This document shows, in pieces, positions 27,845 through 34,566 of a stretch of DNA of 64,000 nt. A program made the translations under genes and the position numbers. Within the stretch, counting starts at the first letter, position 1; the number at the start of each line of letters is the position of its first letter. The notes beneath the pieces are model-generated. The model had not been told where the DNA came from and ran no database searches. It saw only the letters and a program-made list of their open reading frames with translations. Source of the DNA: Actinomycetota bacterium (lineage in GTDB: Bacteria; Actinomycetota; UBA4738); the NCBI GenBank assembly GCA_050692195.1, contig JBOGVA010000080.1, forward strand, positions 2,292 to 66,291. Reading direction: 5' to 3'.

Positions 27845-28075
27845 ATGCAGGATCCAACATTCTGGGAGGTCCCGCTGCGTATGGTCGACCCGAAGCAGGC
27901 GCCCTTTCGAATCCATAAGGACGAACACGCTATCTTCGAGTGGGAGCGACCCCTTCCGGACTTAACTCGATCCAATGTTGGCTCTGTCTTGATCGAGTAC
28001 AGCGTCGACCGGGATGGTGAGCGCCAGATTCTCAAGAGAACTCTGGAGTTTCCTAAGATGGGCGACTCGGAATAG
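27845..28075 (+). CDS. Hypothetical small protein (76 aa)
   Basis: ORF from the track with coding-like codon usage, 29 nt upstream of the GNAT gene on the same strand. I recognise no motif in it. Confidence 0.35.
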   Translation: MQDPTFWEVPLRMVDPKQAPFRIHKDEHAIFEWERPLPDLTRSNVGSVLIEYSVDRDGERQILKRTLEFPKMGDSE

Positions 28076-28104
28076 CGCCTACGTCCTCTCACGGAGTCGG
28101 AACG

Positions 28105-28572
28105 ATGCTCGTAAGAATGCGCGCCGCGACGCGGGCAGACAGAGACTTCCTTACCAAGATGGCTGCACTATTTGGTCATGGCGCGGAGACGGGCTCAGTG
28201 CGAGATTGGCCACGGGCGCATTGGGATTTTGGTCTGATAGCTGAGAATGAGGATGGGCAACCCATCGGCGCGGCATGGTGGCGCCAATTCGGCGGAGCTC
28301 CGATTGGAGGCGAGGCTTCAACTTGGCGAGAGGTCTTCCTTGCAGTCGATTCGGAATACCAGGGGCAAGGATTGGGGGGCAACCTACTGGACGAGTTGAT
28401 TGCTCGGGCTAGAGCCATGCCGAACACTCCCCGGTTGATAGGAAGAATCGTCGAGGGCGATGAAAGAGCGAGACGCATACAGCAAATGCTGGTACGACGT
28501 GATTTTGTGGAGGACCGCACATGGGCGAGGTTTCCGGGTGGAAGCGTGCTCTGGTCACTCAATGTTCAATAG
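28105..28572 (+). CDS. GNAT-family N-acetyltransferase
   Basis: 155 aa with an acetyl-CoA-binding-type segment EYQGQGLGGNLLDELIARA. Confidence 0.75.
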   Translation: MLVRMRAATRADRDFLTKMAALFGHGAETGSVRDWPRAHWDFGLIAENEDGQPIGAAWWRQFGGAPIGGEASTWREVFLAVDSEYQGQGLGGNLLDELIARARAMPNTPRLIGRIVEGDERARRIQQMLVRRDFVEDRTWARFPGGSVLWSLNVQ

Positions 28573-28584
28573 CGTGAGGAAGGC

Positions 28585-29385
28585 ATGACCGACGGCTGGC
28601 GATACATACCGGATCCCAGCCGATGGCCAGCTAGGGTAGCGGCCTACGTGACCATGGCCCGTGCGCGGCTGGCCTCTCCCGGGGCGCTTCTGCACTTCGA
28701 CGAGTTGTTCCAACAAGTGCTTGTTGAAGACGGTCTGGGCCCTGATGCGCAAAGCTTATGGAGGGAGCTTGGCGACGAGCGACTCCGAGTTGCAGAGGCG
28801 GAGTATCTTGTCATCGAGGCATTCAGTCGCTTGGTTGCGGACGGGGAAGCTTTGGCGATTGGAGGGAGGGGCCCCGTATATGTAGGAGATTTGTGGGAGG
28901 CGCTGGGATTCCAGGAGCCGCGGAGCAATTGGGAGAACACTCCTAGCGTACTGAGATCAACAGTACGCGCTCAGGAACGCGAACCTGCTGAATGGGCGGA
29001 GCTGGGGACTTGGCCAGGCGTCGACGCGCTTGTTAGGGAGGCGCGCGTTGCGTATGGACACGGGCTATACGTCGCGGCCGCTGCTACTGCCCGAGTGGCG
29101 GCGGAGCAGGCTGTCGAAACTGCGCTCGATACCCAAGGCCTTTCCACAGATGGCGTTGCCGCCGTTCGTGAGGAGCGCTTGTTTGGCTCGCTGAAAGCTT
29201 CATCCTTCGCGACTGGGCCACTCGACTACAGCGCGACCCGATCCAACTTGAGTGCGGTACGAAATCAGGGGAACGTTGCCGCTCACGACGGCGTTGTGAA
29301 TCACGCGAGTCTGCAGGAAGCACTCACTCAGCTGTTGCCGCAGGCGTTTGTGAGCCTCTATCGCGCAATGACACGCCAGACCTAG
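28585..29385 (+). CDS. Hypothetical protein with a C-terminal DUF4145-like domain
   Basis: 266 aa. The C-terminal half (LVREARVAYGHGLYVAAAATARVAAEQAVE ... SAVRNQGNVAAHDG) matches the DUF4145 pattern as I remember it (helical, with an RNxGNxAAH motif). It starts 12 nt after the GNAT stop. Confidence 0.55.
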   Translation: MTDGWRYIPDPSRWPARVAAYVTMARARLASPGALLHFDELFQQVLVEDGLGPDAQSLWRELGDERLRVAEAEYLVIEAFSRLVADGEALAIGGRGPVYVGDLWEALGFQEPRSNWENTPSVLRSTVRAQEREPAEWAELGTWPGVDALVREARVAYGHGLYVAAAATARVAAEQAVETALDTQGLSTDGVAAVREERLFGSLKASSFATGPLDYSATRSNLSAVRNQGNVAAHDGVVNHASLQEALTQLLPQAFVSLYRAMTRQT

Positions 29386-29805
29386 CATCGCCAACCGGAG
29401 GCTGGGCGCTCCAGCGCCGATATCGATTACTACCGTCCAGTCATCATCGCGGGGTCGCTCGACGTCGCCTCGGGACCTGGCTACGACCTCGATAGTCCTC
29501 CTCCACTGTTCCAGTGCGGCAGCTCTCGCCCTGATCCCCGCCGCGTCCGCGTCCTCCCACAAGGATCTCGCGGAATCGAGGGGATCTATGAGTTCGCGTC
29601 TAAGGTTGACGCCGCGCTGATCCTCCGCTTCCGCTTCCTCTTGCCCTATCGCTATCGGAACGTGGCCGTTAGCCACATGCCGGCGGAGACTCCTCTCCGC
29701 CATCCCGAATTGCGGCGCTATGGGGCGGAATGGAGCCCCCCGAATCACCGATCGCTCGATTCGGTGGCGTTCAGGATGTGAGCAGGCCACGCAGCGACGA
29801 GGCAT
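29200..29805 (-). CDS. Phage-type DNA-binding protein (zinc-ribbon/HTH, small-terminase-like or regulator-like)
   Basis: I use the ATG at 29803-29805, preceded by the SD gagggag. MPRRCVACSHPERHRIERSVIRGAPFRPIAPQFGMAERSLRRHVANGHV resembles a family common in actinophages and prophages. The 3' end runs into the convergent DUF4145 gene, so the real stop and extent are uncertain. Confidence 0.45.
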   Translation of the reverse strand: MPRRCVACSHPERHRIERSVIRGAPFRPIAPQFGMAERSLRRHVANGHVPIAIGQEEAEAEDQRGVNLRRELIDPLDSARSLWEDADAAGIRARAAALEQWRRTIEVVARSRGDVERPRDDDWTVVIDIGAGAPSLRLAMLGLACHCAIEAHKRLRQQLSECFLQTRVIHNAVVSGNVPLISYRTQVGSGRAVVEWPSREG

Positions 29806-29951
29806 ATGACCATCTCCCTCACGAAATAGACCGGCGGGCTGTCCGGCCTTGCCGATCGTCCCTACAGCGGATAAGTACACAGCTTTCCGGGGTTTCTTCG
29901 GAATATCTGTGCAGCTCGCTTCGGGCCCTTTCAGCCGATAACCGCCACTTC

Positions 29952-29997
29952 GTGCGCCGGGAGGGATTCGAACCCCCGACCCGCTGCTTAGAAGGCA
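29952..29997 (-). repeat. tRNA-proximal att-type direct repeat (inside the tRNA-Arg gene)
   Basis: Identical in all 46 positions to 9208-9253. It covers the tRNA from the 3' end to the anticodon loop. Confidence 0.85.
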
Positions 29998-30025
29998 GCC
30001 GCTCTATCCCCTGAGCTACCGGCGC
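29953..30025 (-). tRNA. tRNA-Arg (anticodon TCT)
   Basis: The reverse complement folds as a 73-nt cloverleaf. Acceptor stem GCGCCGG/CCGGCGC, D arm GCTC-AGGGGATA-GAGC. Anticodon arm GCTGC-CTTCTAA-GCAGC, T arm GGGGG-TTCGAAT-CCCTC. CCA is not encoded. Confidence 0.9.
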
Positions 30026-31433
30026 TACCGCTGATTGTAGCCGGCAGCCCCACCCAGTCGGTCGCACTCCGAAGACACACCGGGGCTGGGCGGAATACCC
30101 ACTCCGCGCCGCCCGGATGGAGCAGGCGTGGGGGGCGCAGCGTCAGGGGATCGGGGTCCGACTCCTGAGGCATCTCCCGGACCTTCCGGAGGGGAGACAG
30201 CGAGACGGGGAGGGCCGCCAGGCACGCCCCGGCGGCGGCGAGCCAGATCGTGCCCCGAAGGCCGATGGCCTCGCCCAGGACGCCGCCGATCACCGCGCCC
30301 ACGGGGGTGAACCCCATCACGAGGAACTTCATAGTGGCGTTCATCCGACCGTGGAGCCGCTCGGGCGTGACGGCTTGGCGCAGGCTCACCTGGTTGATGC
30401 CGTACACGACGCTTCCGAAGGACCCAACGAGACCGCCGGCGACGAGGAGGGGGATCGCCCGGACTCCCGCCGGCGTCGAAGCCAGCAGGAGGAGCGGCAC
30501 GCTGCTGGCCCCGGCCGCCAGGCAGATCGTCTTTCCCACGCCCAGCCGCCGGGGGATCTTGGTGGCCAGCGCCGCGCCGAGCACGAAGCCTCCGTTCCCC
30601 ACGGCCAACACCATCCCCAGGACCCCGGCGGAGAGGTGCAACTCGCGAACGAGGAACAGCAGATGGACGGCGCCGCTCATCCCGAGCAGGAGGTTCGAGG
30701 CGGCTGCGGTCATCAGGATGGGGCGGAGCAGCCGTTGGGAGAAGACGTACCGGAGCCCTTCACCGATCTCGGAACGGAGCGGGGGCTGGGCCTCGGCCCG
30801 GCGAGCCGGTGGCTCTACGGTCCGGATCCGGTAGAGGAAGATGGCCGAGCCGAAGAAGCTCACCACGTCGGCGAGGACCGCGGTCGACGCGCTCATCGCG
30901 CTCACCAGTCCGCCGGCCAGGCCAGGCCCGGTCACCTGGGCCCCCGAGCGGCCGATCTCCATCCGGGCGTTCCCTTCGAGCAGCCGTCCCCGCTCCACGA
31001 TCGTGGGGAGGTATGCCTGCCGAGCCACGTCGGCGAACACCGAGCACACTCCCTTCAGGAAGCCCACGCCGTACAGGTGGGCCAGCGTGAGCATGCCGGC
31101 CGCTTGGGCGGCGGGGATGGAGAGCACCAGCAACGCGGAGCCCACGTCGCACACGATGAGGATGGTGCGCCGGGGCAACCGGTCCACCCACACCCCCGCG
31201 GGGAGGCTCAGGAGCAGGAACGGCAGGAGCTGGACCGCGCCCACCAGAGCCACCTGGAAGGGGGAAGCCTTGACGACGATGATGGCCAGGAGGGGCAACG
31301 CCAGCGCGCTGACCTGGTTTCCGAGCTGGCTGACGGTCTGCGAAGCCAGCAGGTTCACGAAGTTCGGTTGCCGCAGGAGGCTTCCGGGACGGGGCCGGAA
31401 CTGGGGCAGCCTCCGTGACCCTGGGCGGAACAT
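29988..31433 (-). CDS. MFS transporter (EntS/macrolide-efflux-like)
   Basis: 481 aa, about 12 TM, with the N-terminal pattern FVNLLASQTVSQLGNQVSALALPLL. The long non-TM C-terminal tail reads 38 nt into the tRNA-Arg gene because no earlier stop occurs. Confidence 0.85.
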   Translation of the reverse strand: MFRPGSRRLPQFRPRPGSLLRQPNFVNLLASQTVSQLGNQVSALALPLLAIIVVKASPFQVALVGAVQLLPFLLLSLPAGVWVDRLPRRTILIVCDVGSALLVLSIPAAQAAGMLTLAHLYGVGFLKGVCSVFADVARQAYLPTIVERGRLLEGNARMEIGRSGAQVTGPGLAGGLVSAMSASTAVLADVVSFFGSAIFLYRIRTVEPPARRAEAQPPLRSEIGEGLRYVFSQRLLRPILMTAAASNLLLGMSGAVHLLFLVRELHLSAGVLGMVLAVGNGGFVLGAALATKIPRRLGVGKTICLAAGASSVPLLLLASTPAGVRAIPLLVAGGLVGSFGSVVYGINQVSLRQAVTPERLHGRMNATMKFLVMGFTPVGAVIGGVLGEAIGLRGTIWLAAAGACLAALPVSLSPLRKVREMPQESDPDPLTLRPPRLLHPGGAEWVFRPAPVCLRSATDWVGLPATISGSAGSSGDRAAAF

Positions 31434-31675
31434 CCGACCGGGGCGAGGCCGACAACCGGGACCGTCGTCTCCGGCGGCCCACCACCGTCCGGTACGAGGC
31501 CCGGGGGGGTCCCACTGGTGAAGTGGGGGAGACAGGGGGAACCTCCTCGGGCGCGCTCTCTTCTTCCTTCATTGGAAGTGTTCGGACGAGGAACCCGCGA
31601 TGCTTAGCGACGCGGCGGAATTCGGTGACAGAGTTGTCGATGAGGCCCGAGGAGATCCCTCCGGCGACGTAGCGG

Positions 31676-31749
<74 letters not shown>

Positions 31750-31813
31750 TAGCCACATCAGTTTACCGGTGGAGCCCGGCGCGGGCCTGCCTGCGCGCCT
31801 ACAATCCTTCCTG

Positions 31814-31887
31814 CGGGGCGTGGCGCAGCTTGGCAGCGCGCGTGCTTTGGGAGCACGAGGCCGCCGGTTCGAATCCGGCCGCCCCGA
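31814..31887 (+). tRNA. tRNA-Pro (anticodon TGG)
   Basis: CGGGGCG acceptor pairing with CGCCCCG. Anticodon arm CGTGC-TTTGGGA-GCACG, T arm GCCGG-TTCGAAT-CCGGC, 74 nt in total. Confidence 0.9.
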
Positions 31888-31900
31888 CCGAAAGTCCGGC

Positions 31901-32461
31901 CTATGCCGCCTCGATCGAGGGCAGCAGGTCGAGCCGGTAGCTCCGAGCCAGGGCCTCGAGGAGGGGGCGGCTGGCGCCGCTCGGGGCCACCAGGGCCACC
32001 GGCCGGGCGAACTCGGACCGGTAGCCGTAGGTGTGCCGGAACACCCGGCCCCACATGGCGACCCGCCCGGCCACCTTGATCTCCACCCCCGAGAGGTCCG
32101 GACCGTGCGAGTCCGGCTTCCTGCCCAGCAGCCGCAGATGCACGAGCAGCGAAGGCGACGTGCCGTCGCTGTGCCCGAGCCACGCCCCTCCTCCGCGGAG
32201 GCGGAGCCGCTCGGCGGTGTCCCACGCGTAGATCCCGCACTGGCAGCCGGTGAGCGGGGCGTCGTGAGAGTTCCGTAGTCCACCACCGCCCACGTGCTCC
32301 GCACGTAGCTCGGTCTGGGCCGGCCAGTAGACGGTCTGGTGGAGGACGGAGGCGAGGCGAGGTTCGCCGTCCCGAAGGGTCACCGTCCAGGTGCGGTAGC
32401 CGAACAGTGGCCCGATGAGGTCGGGGGCCTGGAGGGCCTCGCCGACCCACCCGTCGGTCAC
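31901..32461 (-). CDS. Conserved-looking hypothetical protein (186 aa) with a CQCGIYAW motif
   Basis: Track ORF 31901..32758. Upstream of the GTG at 32459-32461 the frame is Arg-rich junk, so I start the gene there, overlapping (GTGA) the stop of a small upstream ORF. The motif HDAPLTGCQCGIYAW recalls uncharacterised actinobacterial and phage proteins. Confidence 0.5.
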   Translation of the reverse strand: MTDGWVGEALQAPDLIGPLFGYRTWTVTLRDGEPRLASVLHQTVYWPAQTELRAEHVGGGGLRNSHDAPLTGCQCGIYAWDTAERLRLRGGGAWLGHSDGTSPSLLVHLRLLGRKPDSHGPDLSGVEIKVAGRVAMWGRVFRHTYGYRSEFARPVALVAPSGASRPLLEALARSYRLDLLPSIEAA

Positions 32462-32568
32462 GCGGGCACCGGTTGGCCTTCTCGACGCTGCGGCGCTTCC
32501 TCGGGAAGCTCCGTCGGCGCCTCGATAGGCTCCGCGATGATCAGCTCGTGTTCCTCGCCGATATTCAT
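32458..32568 (-). CDS. Small acidic ORF (36 aa) MNIGEEHELIIAEPIEAPTELPEEAPQRREGQPVPA
   Basis: Not in the track because it is under 60 aa. The ATG at 32566-32568 is preceded by the SD gagaggaag, third codon positions are GC-rich, and its stop overlaps the GTG start of the downstream gene. Confidence 0.35.
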   Translation of the reverse strand: MNIGEEHELIIAEPIEAPTELPEEAPQRREGQPVPA

Positions 32569-32835
32569 GGCTTCCTCTCACCCGCCGGACGGAGCGACTC
32601 GCTCCGCCGCCTCGGAGACTTACGCAGAGATATCGGCGTTTCCTAGGTATCCCTGTAGAGGATGGTACGCGCAAAATCACATCGATGTGCTTCTTGGGCA
32701 AGCACAGCCACACGAAGCCCACGAGCAACGTGAGCCACGTCCGCTCCCTGTGTCCCACGCCCTCAAGGCGCGACCGCCGAGCGCCGACAACAAGGGAGGC
32801 AGAGGGCCCCCTTTGTCCGTGAAGAGGAATCGCCG

Positions 32836-33198
32836 TTGAGCCGCATCCTGGTCATCGAGGACGACCTTGCGGTCGGCAAGGTGCTGACCGTGACGCTCCA
32901 GCTTGCCGGACACCACGTGCGGCTGGCGAGAGACCTCTACAGCGCTCGAGACGTTCTCGAACAGCACGACGACTTCGATGCCGTCGTTCTGGACGTGAAC
33001 CTCCCCGACGGCTCGGGCTTCGAGATCCTCCGGCTTCTCCGCCAGGACCTCAGCCGAAGCACGCCGGTCCTGGTCCTCTCCGCCCTGAAGCAAGAAGAGA
33101 ACGTGGTCCGGGCGCTGGAACTGGGCGCCAACGACTACGTGACCAAGCCCTTCGGGCCCCGGGAGCTCCTTGCCCGGATCCGGAAGTGGACCGGGTGA
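32836..33198 (+). CDS. Stand-alone response-regulator receiver (CheY-like) protein
   Basis: 120 aa with all REC hallmarks: VIEDD, VVLDVNLPDGSG (phospho-Asp), VLVLSA and DYVTKPF. There is no output domain. Confidence 0.85.
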   Translation: MSRILVIEDDLAVGKVLTVTLQLAGHHVRLARDLYSARDVLEQHDDFDAVVLDVNLPDGSGFEILRLLRQDLSRSTPVLVLSALKQEENVVRALELGANDYVTKPFGPRELLARIRKWTG

Positions 33199-33204
33199 GG
33201 CCCG

Positions 33205-34566
33205 GTGTGGCGACGCTACGGCGACGTCCTCTACGCGATCCTGCTGTCGGTCGTCCTCACCGTTGAGGCGGCGGCCCTCGCCGCCCTCACGTGGATGTTC
33301 CTTCCCTCGCTCAGCCATCTGCTCCCTCCGCTCGATCTTCGGACCATGCTCCTCGCGGCGGTTGCGGTGACGGCCGTGGCCCTCGTGGTCGTGGCAGGGT
33401 TCGTCCTCGCCTATCACTCCTTCAGCGCTCGACGGGAACGTCTGCACATGGAGGCGCTCGAACAATGGTCCGACCGGTGGGTGCGGGTGGTCGTCGAACA
33501 TCGCCCTCGACCGGAGTCCCCGATCGAGGGGGCCGCCGTGGAGGCCCTTCTGGACCTGCGGGAAGTCCTTCGAGGCCAGGAAGGGGAACGGGTCGACGAC
33601 CTGATCCAGCACTACGGGGTGGCGAAGGCGCTCGTGTCCCAGGCGGCGGGCGCTCGGCGGCGCGGACTCCGCGGTGTGCTGCTCCCGAGGCGGCGACAGT
33701 CCTTCCGAGGGATGGCCGAACGGCTGGGCTCCCTGGAGTCCCTGGCGAAGGCGCGGCTTCAGGACGCGTTCCCCGTCCTGCTCGAGGTTCTGTCCGATCC
33801 CCAGATCACCGTGCGGCTGATGGCTCTCCGCGGCTTGGCCCGGACCATCGCCCGGATGCCCACCCCGACCGACAAACACAGATCCGCGATGGCGCTGTGC
33901 GACCGGCTGCGGCTGGCGGATCTCCCCGGTGGCGCCATCGAGGAGTGCTTCCTTCTTCTCGAGGACACCGCTCCCATGGTCCTCCGGGACTTGCTGGAGC
34001 GGCCGGAGATCTCCTCGGTCGCCGTGGACGAGTGGGCCGCCGATGCCCAGGGGGTCCGCCGGTGGGGGAAAGCCCCCGGCCTCAAGACTCGCGGGCCCGG
34101 GTCCCTCCTTCGCGCGGCCCTCGACGCGACCGGCCGCCTGAAGCTCCTGGACCTCGGCGACCGGGTGGGGCAGTTCGTGACGTACCGGGAGCCCGAGGTG
34201 AGGGCGGCCGCGATCCGGGCCCTGGGGCGGCTCGGCTACCTCCCCGCCGCGGCCGAGCCGGGACTTCTCGCCGCGCTCCGCGATGAGGTGGAGTTCGTTC
34301 GGGTCCAGGCGGCGCACGCCGCGGTGCTCCTGGCCCCCGAAACCGCCGCCGCGGCGCTGTGGGACCTCCTCGGCGACCGGTCGTGGTGGGTCCGGCGAGC
34401 GGCCGGCGAGTCCCTGGCGCAGATGGCGGTGACGGGCGTGCAAGGACTCGAACGCGCGGCGCACTCGCATCCAGATCGCTACGCGCGGCAGATGGCCGTG
34501 CAGATCCTCCTGGACGGCGGCCACCTGGACGCCGCCGGAGCACGGCGACTGCGGGAGACGGGATGA
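33205..34566 (+). CDS. Membrane-anchored HEAT-repeat protein
   Basis: 453 aa with two N-terminal TM helices. Repeated HEAT/PBS-lyase-like units follow (VRLMALRGLARTI, EVRAAAIRALGRLGY, FVRVQAAHAAVLL, WWVRRAAGESLAQM). The stop overlaps the GT2 start (ATGA). Confidence 0.7.
   Translation: MWRRYGDVLYAILLSVVLTVEAAALAALTWMFLPSLSHLLPPLDLRTMLLAAVAVTAVALVVVAGFVLAYHSFSARRERLHMEALEQWSDRWVRVVVEHRPRPESPIEGAAVEALLDLREVLRGQEGERVDDLIQHYGVAKALVSQAAGARRRGLRGVLLPRRRQSFRGMAERLGSLESLAKARLQDAFPVLLEVLSDPQITVRLMALRGLARTIARMPTPTDKHRSAMALCDRLRLADLPGGAIEECFLLLEDTAPMVLRDLLERPEISSVAVDEWAADAQGVRRWGKAPGLKTRGPGSLLRAALDATGRLKLLDLGDRVGQFVTYREPEVRAAAIRALGRLGYLPAAAEPGLLAALRDEVEFVRVQAAHAAVLLAPETAAAALWDLLGDRSWWVRRAAGESLAQMAVTGVQGLERAAHSHPDRYARQMAVQILLDGGHLDAAGARRLRETG

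Larger units (their letters stand above)
9208..29997. mobile_element. tRNA-Arg-integrated genomic island (~20.7 kb between the repeats) with no detectable recombinase
   Basis: Perfect 46-bp direct repeats, one of which is the 3' end of an intact tRNA. The interior is visibly less GC-rich than both flanks. It contains a phage-type HTH gene, an IS-like fragment and a decayed stretch. Confidence 0.7.

Noticed and set aside
29988-30025. The 3' end of the MFS gene overlapping the 5' part of tRNA-Arg by 38 nt on the same strand
   Set aside because: The likeliest explanation is that the non-conserved C-terminal tail runs on until the first stop in a GC-rich sequence. There is no evidence of functional significance.
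31434-31675. A 240-bp spacer between tRNA-Gly and the MFS gene with a small hairpin (CCCACT-ggtga-AGTGGG at 31511-31527) and an apparent MKEEESAPEE... ORF
   Set aside because: The ORF continues as an alternate frame over the MFS gene (track ORF 30760..31572) with Arg/Pro-rich junk. The hairpin is only 6 bp. Nothing here is convincing.
31890-31899. GAAAGTCCGG, which resembles the universally conserved RNase P RNA segment GGAAAGUCCGG
   Set aside because: It is only a 10-nt match sitting just after tRNA-Pro, at the 3' end of a protein-coding gene. None of the surrounding RNase P helices is present.
32677-34524. A 615-aa minus-strand ORF antisense to the REC and HEAT genes
   Set aside because: Its composition is low-complexity Arg/Gly/Pro/His and it has no motifs. 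The plus-strand genes have clear domain signatures.
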